Assembly (NCBI GenBank): GCA_965226095.1
Contig: OZ245336.1
Coordinates: 74,919-138,918, forward strand
Direction of reading: 5' to 3'
DNA from: Bdellovibrionales bacterium
GTDB taxonomy: Bacteria > Bdellovibrionota > Bdellovibrionia > Bdellovibrionales > UBA1609
DNA length: 64,000 bases
This document shows positions 1 through 8,379 of this stretch, in pieces (position 1 is the first letter of the stretch; each line of letters starts with the position of its first letter). A program made the translations under genes and the position numbers. The notes under the pieces were generated by a model, which was given only the letters and a program-made list of their open reading frames with translations, was not told the origin of the DNA and did no database searches.

Positions 1-3000
1 TTCTAATGGTGCCGATACCTTCATCATCTCCGAACTCAGCACCGACAGGTTTGGAAAGTTTCACCCTGAAGGTCTCATTATCATCTTCAATGTCATCATC
101 AACTAGAGTTATTTGAATAATCTTTGAAATTTCCCCTGGTGAAAAAGTTACAAGCCCGTTGCTGACAAATATGTAATCATGTGGCGATCTCGCCGTAATA
201 GCATTTGTTTTATATCTTACTTCAACAGGATAGTTTACAGCCCTGGAAAGGCTTATTGTAAAATCTATTGTACCGTCGCTCTCGTGCGCACTGGCATCCG
301 AAATAGATATTGTTGGCAGAGGAACATATGGAAGAATAGTCATATTACCCAGATATGTTTGAGGATAATCAAAATTTGCATTGCCAGGAGAAGACACAGT
401 ATTATCATAAGCATCAGCTACAAACATTCCATTACGGGGAAATGTAATACGCCCACTAACTCCTGCCTCCACAGTATAGTGAAATACTAACCTGATAGGA
501 TCGGAATCAATACGCCCGCTTCCATAATGAGATCTATGTAAAGTTTGAGTTTCGCTTCCTATGTTCAACCTCATACGAACATCACCACTATAAGAGTACA
601 GGCCGCTAACTTTTTTACTCATATCAACAATGACTGCAAGGATATCACCTTTAGAGGCTTCAAAACTAGAACCTAAGTCAAAAAAAGAATCATTCTGTTT
701 TCTGAAAGACATATTTATAACATAGGGAGGAGTATCAGCTGTCATAAGCTGCACTTCAGTTGTCAATTCACTTTCCACCGTTTCATTAAATCCATCGTCA
801 TCTCTATAGCTAACTATCACTTTAATTTTGGATCTCGCATCTTCACTGCTTATTTGATAGGTACTACTACGCGCTCCAGATATTTGTTGGAGGACATCAG
901 CATTGAGACCAAAATCAGCTACTTTCCACCAGGTGTAAGAAAAACTCCCACTTATTCCATTTTCATCCGTAATAGAAGAAGTACCCGCCGTTAAGGTCTG
1001 CCCCACTTGAGGTGTTCCCGTAACAGTAGGCTGGCCCGAAGGCGAAACATTGGAAACAGTGAAAGTTACTGTGACAGTGGAGTTGGACGAATTAACATTG
1101 TAGTCGGAATCGCCAAGTACCTTAACTGTGAGTGTGCCTTCATTGTTAGAACTTAATGTAAAGGCCTCTTGAGTTTCATTGGCAAGAATAGTTTTGGTAA
1201 AGTCTTCTGTACTAACCCTCTGAACGGTTTCTAGAACTGGCGGATCATCCTGATTTTGTACTTGCTCTTCCCAAGTTACTGTCTTCTGCAAACGAACAGT
1301 GATAGGAGAGCTAAGATTATGATTCGTCCGCGTCAATGTAAAATTAACATTTTCTTTTGCAGGTAATCTACTTTGACCAGATCTCCGAAGAGAGACGGTC
1401 GGCAAAGAGGGGAGATTACTTCTGATCAAACTTGTTTGGCGACAAACCCACTTCTTAGATCCAGTATTTGTCCAATAAAAGCCCCAAACACTAATAATCT
1501 GACCTATATCCGCTGACTGTATTGTATAAGAGTCGCCCCCGCTTATATCTATATATGAATTATTTGAACCATAAGTTGTAGGCAAATCACCTTCTCCGCT
1601 GGAAGAAGAACAGGGTCCGTGACGCCATACTATATTCATATTAGTATCTATTCCTTCAGCATCAGTAATGTGGGAAAAGTCAGCCGTGATAACCCCCGAC
1701 AAAATCTGCTGACCAGTAATGCTTACTGAACCGGAAATTGTATTTACTTCAGCTACATCAACCACATAAATGCGGATCTCTACAGTTTCACATCCGCCAC
1801 GGGGATCACATCCTTTTACATCAAATATATACCCTCTTCCACCATCTTCAAACTCTGGTGCTGTTTCATAATTGAAGCTTTGGTTATAGGAAATGGAAAT
1901 AGTCTGCGCACTATAATGAGCTATCGGATTAGGAGCCGTATTATGAACACGAAAAGCGGACCTGATCGTACTGGCTACATTACTGGGCGTATCTTCCGGA
2001 ATGGAGATACTGTACCTTATTGTATCCTGATCCACGTCAAACATATATGCTTCATCATCATTTGTTGTATCGGGTAGAGTCCCTGAACCTGAGTTCTCAA
2101 GTATATGATAAAAAGCTGGCCCAAAACCAACCCGTGGAGGTGTATTTTCAGGTTCAGGTAGAGTCTCAATCACACCAAAAGTAACATCCTGACAAATCCA
2201 CTTATAATAATTGTTATCTGTCTGATACTGCCCCCAAACACTCACTCTATAGCCAATTTCACTACTCGTTAATTCATAAGAAGAGTCATCGGCCGAGCTT
2301 ATTCTTCGTCTTACAGGCCACCTGCCCAAACCTCTATTAGCAGAGCAAGCTTCCCGACTCCATGCTATAGAGAAATTATTGACTCCCTCTTTATCTTCAA
2401 GAGAGGAAAAGTCAGCAGTAATAGTGTCTCCAACATAAACACCGTTAGAAGCTTCAATAAGCCACCCTGACATGTTAGTTAACTCAGGAACATCCGTCAC
2501 ATAAACAATAATATCCATAGATGTTTCACAACCATTATAACTATCAGAATCATATCCATAAAGCTTTAATCTATATCCTCGGCGACCATTCTCAAAAACG
2601 AGTGATGTTTCATAATCAGCATAACCCTGATAACCCAGATAAGTAATCTCAGCGTACTGTGTACCACTAGTACCACTAGTACCACTTGTTATATTGCGAA
2701 CACTAAAAAAATCCGAACCTTTAATAAAACGTATATTCCTTCCATTAACCAAATATCTTCCAAGAAAATAAATTATTCTATCCCCATCGGGATCTCTCAT
2801 TCCAAAAGAAGTTCCAGAAAGAACCTGACTATCAACAAAACCCTCATCAACACTACTCTCAGACATACTAAAAGAAACTTCAGAGCGAGTTGCAGTGGGA
2901 CATGAGTTTGCTGCACTTTGAGTAGGATATATAATAGCTGAGGCCATTACCATTCCTGTCATTAAAGAAATCAAAAACGATTTATTATTTTTTAAAAATG

Positions 3001-3022
3001 ATAAATTTGAAATATCTTTCAT
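1..3022 (-). CDS. Large secreted adhesin-like repeat protein (cadherin-like/Ig-like modules plus Calx-beta domain); C-terminus lies beyond the window start
   Basis: Absent from the ORF track because it has no stop inside the window. My minus-strand translation starts at the ATG (complement of 3020-3022; GGAG complement at 3031-3034). It reads MKDISNLSFLKNNKSFLISLMTGMVMASA (signal-like). It contains two paralogous ~190-aa modules (YVTDVPE..ITADFSSLEDKEG and YVVDVAEV..ITADFSHITDAEG), an Ig-like GQPTVTGTPQVGQTLTAG..YTWW repeat, and a Calx-beta-like HDYIFVSNGLVTFSPGEISKIIQITLVDDDIEDDNETFRVKL. The frame stays open to position 1. Confidence 0.8.
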   Translation of the reverse strand, partial: MKDISNLSFLKNNKSFLISLMTGMVMASAIIYPTQSAANSCPTATRSEVSFSMSESSVDEGFVDSQVLSGTSFGMRDPDGDRIIYFLGRYLVNGRNIRFIKGSDFFSVRNITSGTSGTSGTQYAEITYLGYQGYADYETSLVFENGRRGYRLKLYGYDSDSYNGCETSMDIIVYVTDVPELTNMSGWLIEASNGVYVGDTITADFSSLEDKEGVNNFSIAWSREACSANRGLGRWPVRRRISSADDSSYELTSSEIGYRVSVWGQYQTDNNYYKWICQDVTFGVIETLPEPENTPPRVGFGPAFYHILENSGSGTLPDTTNDDEAYMFDVDQDTIRYSISIPEDTPSNVASTIRSAFRVHNTAPNPIAHYSAQTISISYNQSFNYETAPEFEDGGRGYIFDVKGCDPRGGCETVEIRIYVVDVAEVNTISGSVSITGQQILSGVITADFSHITDAEGIDTNMNIVWRHGPCSSSSGEGDLPTTYGSNNSYIDISGGDSYTIQSADIGQIISVWGFYWTNTGSKKWVCRQTSLIRSNLPSLPTVSLRRSGQSRLPAKENVNFTLTRTNHNLSSPITVRLQKTVTWEEQVQNQDDPPVLETVQRVSTEDFTKTILANETQEAFTLSSNNEGTLTVKVLGDSDYNVNSSNSTVTVTFTVSNVSPSGQPTVTGTPQVGQTLTAGTSSITDENGISGSFSYTWWKVADFGLNADVLQQISGARSSTYQISSEDARSKIKVIVSYRDDDGFNETVESELTTEVQLMTADTPPYVINMSFRKQNDSFFDLGSSFEASKGDILAVIVDMSKKVSGLYSYSGDVRMRLNIGSETQTLHRSHYGSGRIDSDPIRLVFHYTVEAGVSGRITFPRNGMFVADAYDNTVSSPGNANFDYPQTYLGNMTILPYVPLPTISISDASAHESDGTIDFTISLSRAVNYPVEVRYKTNAITARSPHDYIFVSNGLVTFSPGEISKIIQITLVDDDIEDDNETFRVKLSKPVGAEFGDDEGIGTIR

Positions 3023-3584
3023 AGTTTGCTCTCCTTTTAAATTTTTTAAGCTACTTAATATATAATTCTTATAACCATCTTGGACATATTTCTTAAAAGT
3101 TTAGTATAATTAAGAGTAAAACTTACTCCCATCAGTTTTATTTCCTCCAAAGACCTGTAAGGCTAAGACCTAAATAGTATTGAAAAAGCCCATATTTTTC
3201 CGAAATAAGAAGGATAGGAAAAAAAGTGATGACTTGGTAAAGTTGTCTATGTATTTGAAATATATGAAGAAATTGGGGGGAGGTGAGTTTTTCCGCTGTT
3301 TTTTTACACTTCTTAGCAGAAGATTTCAGCTGCTGAACAGATCCCCAAGGGGTAAACACGGGGGGTTTTGCCTTCAACCGCATAGAAAAAAGGGAACAAA
3401 AAGTTTTAACTAAATTTTCAAACATTGTGAGCCATCGTAAAAACTTTAAACACTTATAATATCAAAAAAAACACTGTTTAATTACATTGTTACCATGTTT
3501 TTCGTCAATTGTTTTATTATCCGATTCCCTTTTTTAGTGGCGATTTTATCTTAAAAACCCCTATATCAAGCCTATTTAATATAA

Positions 3585-3737
3585 TCAATGAAATTCATAC
3601 TGCTCCGTATCAAACCCCTTTTGGACAGGAAAACCCATAAAGCCTTTTTCCCAGGGCTTTTCCCAAATAGGAGTTCCCTTTTCAAGGTCTGAAATAATTT
3701 GATTTGTTATTTCTTGATAAATATCTTTTTTAATCAT
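3585..3737 (-). pseudogene. Truncated ArdC-N/DUF1738-like (antirestriction, ssDNA-binding) N-terminal fragment
   Basis: MIKKDIYQEITNQIISDLEKGTPIWEKPW resembles the conserved N-terminus of ArdC-type proteins as I remember it. The ORF ends after ~50 aa. Its ATG overlaps the stop of the upstream ORF (ATGATTAA). Confidence 0.4.
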
Positions 3738-3972
3738 GATGCGCCGCCTTTTTAAAATCAGCTCCGATGGTATCCTCACCCTTAAGAATGTCTTTTATTT
3801 CATCAGGGCTTAAATTAAGCTCTGTCCATTCAGCAGGGCTTTTATAATTCTCATAAAGGTATTGTTTCCAGTGGTCACAGGCCAGACCCGAAAAATCGGA
3901 ATGGTCAAGAGCCATATCAACGACACTGTCATTGAACATTTTGTTTAGTTTAGTTTTTTCATTTTTAGTCAT
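3730..3972 (-). CDS. Hypothetical small protein (mobile-element remnant)
   Basis: 80-aa ORF translationally coupled to the ArdC-like fragment. No recognisable motif. Confidence 0.35.
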   Translation of the reverse strand: MTKNEKTKLNKMFNDSVVDMALDHSDFSGLACDHWKQYLYENYKSPAEWTELNLSPDEIKDILKGEDTIGADFKKAAHHD

Positions 3973-4114
3973 TGGTTTTTATCCTCTTGGTTTAGGTCTT
4001 TTAAAATGTCAAAGCTAAGAGTAAGAGAGATTTTATAAGTCTCATTTTCTTTTTTGTGCCAAAGAATAATTGAGTCATCCGGGTTGTTATAAGTTAGGAA
4101 AAGTTTTTTTGTTT

Positions 4115-4372
4115 TCATTGGCCCTCCTCCTTGTAAATTTCTTTATACCCGCAGTTAAGACACTCTCTTCCTAAACCGAGGGCAATTTTATAAATAAAGT
4201 GTTTTCTCACTTTCTTACAAAAGGAGCAGAAAAAGTTTTTATTTTCCCTAAAGGACTTAATCCTTTGGGTAGTAAGTGATTTTTTAAACATAATAACCTC
4301 CTTTAATGATTTGCAGTCCTGCCTGCTTGCTTTCTTGGTCACCAAAAAAAAAGCGAAGGGAGTGCTTTGCAA
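4115..4372 (-). CDS. Hypothetical small zinc-ribbon-like protein
   Basis: ORF with CSFC...CLNC (CxxC-N23-CxxC). The start may instead be the internal MFKKSL. Confidence 0.3.
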   Translation of the reverse strand: MQSTPFAFFLVTKKASRQDCKSLKEVIMFKKSLTTQRIKSFRENKNFFCSFCKKVRKHFIYKIALGLGRECLNCGYKEIYKEEGQ

Positions 4373-4591
4373 GAAAAAAATTGGAGGCGACCTTTAGGGG
4401 GAACCGATTTTTTTCTTGAGGACAATTTTTTTATTTTTCTAAAATGTAACGAACAAGAGATATAAAAAAATTGTCCGTCAAAGAAAGCGAGCATAGCTTA
4501 AAAAAACAATAGAAAAGCAAGCAGGCCAGAAAAGAACTCTCTACATACCTTCCTAAAAAATAATCAAAAAAAAGTTAAATTTATCCTCAGA

Positions 4592-4843
4592 AAAGGAGAA
4601 GACCATAAAACAGAGTTTAAAGAGGAAGTATATAAAAAACGTGATAGAGAAATTGTTGCTTTTGCCAACTCATCTGGCGGGAAAATTTATATTGGCATTA
4701 CAGATGATGGCAAAATAAAAAGCATAAATATCACAAACAAACTAAAAAGCCAGATAGAAGATATTGCCAAAAACTGTGACCCGAAAGTATCTATTTCGTT
4801 CCAAGAGATGAAAAAAGAAAAAGTTTTATGGAGTATGATTTAG
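4592..4843 (+). pseudogene. Fragment of an AlbA_2/Schlafen-type DNA-binding domain protein
   Basis: My translation (no ATG, so not in the track) reads GEDHKTEFKEEVYKKRDREIVAFANSSGGKIYIGITDDGKIKSINITNKLKSQIEDIAKNCDP. This fits the EFK...AfaNt.GG.i.iGv.DdG pattern of AlbA_2 domains. It stops after ~80 aa, whereas full proteins are several hundred aa. Confidence 0.5.
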
Positions 4844-4902
4844 GTTTTTTTGATGAACAAACAGGAAAGGTGGAACCGGGAGATAATCCTTTTGCTGAAA
4901 AA

Positions 4903-4949
4903 GTGTTACCTATGTGTCCGGTATAAAGTGTAACCTATGTCTCCGGTAT
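4903..4949. repeat. Two 22-bp imperfect direct repeats (GTGTTACCTATGTGTCCGGTAT / GTGTAACCTATGTCTCCGGTAT)
   Basis: Read directly at 4903-4924 and 4928-4949 (20/22 identical). They end 15 bp before the att-like tRNA-Pro copy. Confidence 0.8.
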
Positions 4950-4964
4950 GGACCCTTTTTCGAA

Positions 4965-4985
4965 TGGTCGGGGAGACAGGATTTG
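4965..4985. repeat. att-like copy of the tRNA-Pro 3' end (21/21 identical to 7108-7128)
   Basis: TGGTCGGGGAGACAGGATTTG occurs at 4965-4985 and again as the 3' end of tRNA-Pro at 7108-7128. Confidence 0.85.
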
Positions 4986-5004
4986 CTTACTCTAGCTGAA
5001 AGTT

Positions 5005-5363
5005 CTATTTCAGATCAATAGTTGTACATTTATTGTTTACACATTCTGATTTCCAGTTACTACATAGATCAACATCGAAACAACGAACCTCTTGTGAGGA
5101 ACATAGCTCCTCTACTTGTTTATTATACCCCTCTACAAGATTGGTGGATGGCTATCATGTTACCTCCACTAGCACAAGGACAACAACCAGCTTTGGTTAA
5201 TAGACAATCTTCATTTGTAGCACAGCTTACTACTTTACGATCATTTTATCCTATTGGTGAGTCTGCTGGTATAGGGTGTTCTGTTGATATAGGTCGCCTT
5301 ACTGTGCAAAATACACAAAACAGACTGCTTAATATAATTAAAGTTTTTAGTGTAAAAAAACAT
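5005..5363 (-). pseudogene. Decayed Cys-rich lipoprotein gene
   Basis: My translation recovers three pieces in different frames. Piece 1 is MFFTLKTLIILSSLFCVFC (lipobox-like), which needs one fewer A in the A7 run at 5354-5360. Piece 2 is an in-frame TAA followed by KVVSCATNEDCLLTKAGCCPCASGGNMIAIH. Piece 3, after a frameshift, is NLVEGYNKQVEELCSSQEVRCFDVDLCSNWKSECVNNKCTT with its stop at 5005-5007. Confidence 0.35.
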
Positions 5364-5615
5364 TTTATGATAACATTTCTCCCGGGCATATTTTATATAT
5401 CGGAATTTTATTATAGAAACTATAATAACACAAAAATCGTCATGCCTGTATAATTGAAAACTCTTTTTGTTCATATAACTGAAAAACCCTGAAAAGCCCT
5501 CCAGCTGCTTTTCAGTTTATCAATATTTTGATCTTAGAATAAGGAAGACTTATCACTAAAAGCTCTTTAAGAGCTTTCAGCCTGCGAAAGTTTATCCCTG
5601 CGTAAAAAAAGTTTA

Positions 5616-5681
5616 TCCCTGTGAAAACAGGGACAGAGGCAGGCATCTAGTTGACTGGATTCCTGTTTGCACAGGAATGAC
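5616..5681. repeat. REP-like palindromes (TCCCTGT-GAAA-ACAGGGA; GGATTCCTGT-TTGC-ACAGGAATGAC)
   Basis: Hairpins read directly at 5616-5633 and 5657-5681. The second belongs to the ATTCCYGY..RCRGGAAT family, also present at 8390-8409 and, inverted, at 41560-41579. Confidence 0.75.
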
Positions 5682-5703
5682 AACCTTAATCAGAAAAAAC
5701 AAA

Positions 5704-6771
5704 TTATTTTAAATCAGATAAATTTGTAAAAATATCTTTCAACATATGATTTTCATTTTTTAGTTCTCTATAAATATTTTCTCCGTCTTTTTCTCCTAAT
5801 TGCCGAAGTATTTGACAGGTGTGTTCTCCAGCTTGATCTAAAGAAAGAAACTTAGCTTGTTCTATCGATGGCATCGTTTGTTCTAAACGATGCACTCTTA
5901 CATTTTTTCCTGAATTTTTTATTTGTGTACACAAAAAATCAGCAATTGAATGGTTAGCCTTTGACTGAACATCCATGGCCAGTTCTGCCAAACCGATTCC
6001 ACCACACCATTGTAATATTCCACCACTGGCGCTTTGATTTAATACGACTTGTCCTGTTGGCGGCGGACAGGTACCTATAGAAATAATTTCAACATTTTGA
6101 TCTGTCTGCGAACAAGATATAGCTTCCATCACAGCAGTTAAAACGGGACTATTTGCCCATAAACTCCCATCCACAAAATCTTCATAAGTATGATGAGTTT
6201 CAGGCTTGGAAATATGAGCGATGGAAAATAACACAGGAGCCGAAGAAGTTGCCAAACAAACATCTGTTAATTTTCTGTTGTTATCTGTGTTGTGACTTTT
6301 GTGTGGAGTTCTAAAAACCTGTGGAGAATGATCTTTAACATGTACAGCAGTGATACACAAAGCAATGTGTCTTTCATCATAAAGTTGTTCCATTGTTTTA
6401 TTGCCAAATATACTTTGAAGCTCCTGAGTCAAAGATTTACTGGCACGAACAGCATTAGATGTATTTTTAAATACCCAAAGTAACTGCTTAAGTCCTCCAT
6501 CAGGAACAGGATGAGTAAATATTTTTTTTCCTTTTTTGGAATATAGCTCTATGATTTGCTTGATGGGCACTCCCATTGCCAAAATGCAGGCCAGAATCCC
6601 TCCTGTGCTGGTTCCCACTATCAGATCAAAAGCCTTTCCAATATCTTTATTTGCTTCATCATCTGATTGAGAAAAATATTTGACAAGAGATTGAAGTACG
6701 GAGGCCGTATATAAGCCTCTCATGCCTCCACCATCCAGAGACAGAACTCTATAAGATTGATTTTCTTTCAT
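5704..6771 (-). CDS. Patatin-like phospholipase
   Basis: DGGGMRGLY oxyanion motif, GTSTGG nucleophile elbow (GxSxG) and DGSLWANSP catalytic Asp motif. Confidence 0.9.
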   Translation of the reverse strand: MKENQSYRVLSLDGGGMRGLYTASVLQSLVKYFSQSDDEANKDIGKAFDLIVGTSTGGILACILAMGVPIKQIIELYSKKGKKIFTHPVPDGGLKQLLWVFKNTSNAVRASKSLTQELQSIFGNKTMEQLYDERHIALCITAVHVKDHSPQVFRTPHKSHNTDNNRKLTDVCLATSSAPVLFSIAHISKPETHHTYEDFVDGSLWANSPVLTAVMEAISCSQTDQNVEIISIGTCPPPTGQVVLNQSASGGILQWCGGIGLAELAMDVQSKANHSIADFLCTQIKNSGKNVRVHRLEQTMPSIEQAKFLSLDQAGEHTCQILRQLGEKDGENIYRELKNENHMLKDIFTNLSDLK

Positions 6772-6855
6772 ATTTATTAAGAAGTTTATTCTTCATCTTC
6801 TTCAAAAGCAACATTTTCTAAAAAACCTTTTCCATAAGATAAAAACCAAAAAATA

Positions 6856-6880
6856 GTCGGGGAGACAAGATTTGCTTACT
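6856..6880. repeat. Second, slightly degenerate att-like copy of the tRNA-Pro 3' end
   Basis: GTCGGGGAGACAAGATTTGCTTACT has one mismatch to the tRNA core. It shares the extra CTTACT flank with the 4965 copy. Confidence 0.75.
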
Positions 6881-7070
6881 TCGTTCGTTCGCATCCCTGA
6901 AAAGTCCACAAGCGACTTTTCAGTTAACTGAAAGCTCTCTAAGAGCTTTCAGTGCGTAAGCTCCCCTCACGAACTCAGAAAATCATCCAGATTTTCTGCC
7001 CTGTATTGAATACTCCACTTAGTCGTATTCAACACAGGTCGTTCGTTCCCTTCAAATACCTGTCCTGTCA

Positions 7071-7105
7071 AAAAAGTAGAGGACTTAATAGTCCTCTACT
7101 TTTTT
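7071..7105. terminator. Bidirectional rho-independent terminator downstream of tRNA-Pro
   Basis: A6-GTAGAGGAC-TTAATA-GTCCTCTAC-T6: a 9-bp perfect stem flanked by A and T runs. Confidence 0.75.
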
Positions 7106-7107
7106 GA

Positions 7108-7184
7108 TGGTCGGGGAGACAGGATTTGAACCTGCGACCCTCTGCTCCCAAAGCAGATGCGCTACCAGACTGCGCTACTCCCCG
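7108..7184 (-). tRNA. tRNA-Pro (anticodon TGG)
   Basis: Hand-folded cloverleaf. Acceptor CGGGGAG/CTCCCCG, anticodon stem TCTGC/GCAGA, loop TTTGGGA, T arm GCAGG-TTCAAAT-CCTGT, encoded CCA. Confidence 0.9.
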
Positions 7185-7338
7185 CTCAATACAAGAATAT
7201 ATAATTTTACAAACATTGTCCGACACAATCAATACTAAGATACTGCTTTGCCAAAAAATTTGATTCTCTTTGGTTAGTATAATAACATACTTTTTTCAAT
7301 ATAATAATGTAAACTCCCCCTGAATTTTAAAGGTTATT

Positions 7339-8361
7339 ATGCAAACCTCTTCTTTGAAAGATATAGAAAAAGCTTTTGAAAGAGTGAAAAACTTTGTTCA
7401 TCACACACCAATTCTTTCTTCTGATCGTTTAAACAAAGCCCTTGGCCATAAACTCTATTTCAAAGGTGAACACCTTCAAAAGATGGGTGCTTTCAAAGCC
7501 AGAGGAGCTTTTAATGCAGTCTCTTTACTAAAAGAACAAAATTTATTACAAAAAAAACTCATCACTTATAGTTCTGGAAATCATTCCCAAGCTATGGCCT
7601 GGGTCGCTAAACAGTTTTCCATACCTATTGACATTTATATGACCTCCTCTACCTCCAAAGCCAAGGTACAATCAACCAAAGATTGTGGTGCTCATGTAAT
7701 TTTTAAGAATACACGACCTGAAATTGAAAAAGCTTACTTAGAAGCAGAATCAGAGGGAAACTTGATCTCATGTAATAATGAATATGTCATCCAAGGCCAG
7801 GGAACTGCCTGCTATGAAGCCCTTAAAGAATTACAAAATGAAAATATATCCGCTGTGTTCGCTCCTCTTGGTGGCGGAAGTCTTCTGTCTGGGTCCATTA
7901 TTGCTGCCAGAGGTTTAAATCCAAATATAAAAATTTTTGGAAGTGAACCTGTCATTGCTAACGACGGAGTTCGTAGTTTAAGAGAAGGTACAGTATTCAA
8001 ATGGCCAGACTCCCCTCCCACTATCGCCGATGGAGTCAGATCACTTTCCATTACAAAAGCTGCTTGGCCTTATATAAAAACGATAGATAAAATATTTGAA
8101 ATTGAAGAAGAAGAAATTATTTATTGGACACAATGGGTTTCACATTTGCTTAAAGCACATATAGAACCAACAAGTGCCCTGGGTATGGGAGCTGCATTTA
8201 GATGGCTTGTGAATCAAAAAACACAACAATCAGTACTGATTATATTATCCGGTGGAAATTTCGATAGCACAACTGCACAAAAAATATGGGAAAAAGAATG
8301 GCTTACTCTTCATCCTTCAAAAAATGAACCAGAAGAGTTTTTAAACCAATTTAAAAACTAA
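7339..8361 (+). CDS. PLP-dependent threonine dehydratase/serine racemase-family enzyme
   Basis: Lys motif KMGAFKARGAFN, SGNHSQAMA and GGGSLLSG glycine loop. ~340 aa, with no regulatory domain. Confidence 0.85.
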   Translation: MQTSSLKDIEKAFERVKNFVHHTPILSSDRLNKALGHKLYFKGEHLQKMGAFKARGAFNAVSLLKEQNLLQKKLITYSSGNHSQAMAWVAKQFSIPIDIYMTSSTSKAKVQSTKDCGAHVIFKNTRPEIEKAYLEAESEGNLISCNNEYVIQGQGTACYEALKELQNENISAVFAPLGGGSLLSGSIIAARGLNPNIKIFGSEPVIANDGVRSLREGTVFKWPDSPPTIADGVRSLSITKAAWPYIKTIDKIFEIEEEEIIYWTQWVSHLLKAHIEPTSALGMGAAFRWLVNQKTQQSVLIILSGGNFDSTTAQKIWEKEWLTLHPSKNEPEEFLNQFKN

Positions 8362-8379
8362 ATAGTCAAATTCTTTTTT

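Noticed and set aside
179-2077. Small plus-strand ORFs 179-490 and 1880-2077
   Set aside because: They lie entirely inside, and antisense to, the long uninterrupted adhesin-like frame. Their translations have no motifs.
3138-3425. Mutually overlapping ORFs 3138-3425 (-) and 3180-3413 (+)
   Set aside because: They sit in the AT-rich intergenic region upstream of the adhesin gene. Their composition is low-complexity and basic, and they have no RBS and no motif. They are probably non-coding promoter region.
5022-5474. Track ORFs 5022-5453 (+) and 5241-5474 (-)
   Set aside because: They are better explained as by-products of the broken minus-strand Cys-rich lipoprotein gene. Neither translation shows a coherent domain.
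5704-6771. Patatin as the effector of a CBASS operon
   Set aside because: No CD-NTase/cyclase, E1/E2/JAB or other CBASS accessory gene is adjacent. The neighbours are pseudogenes and hairpin repeats.
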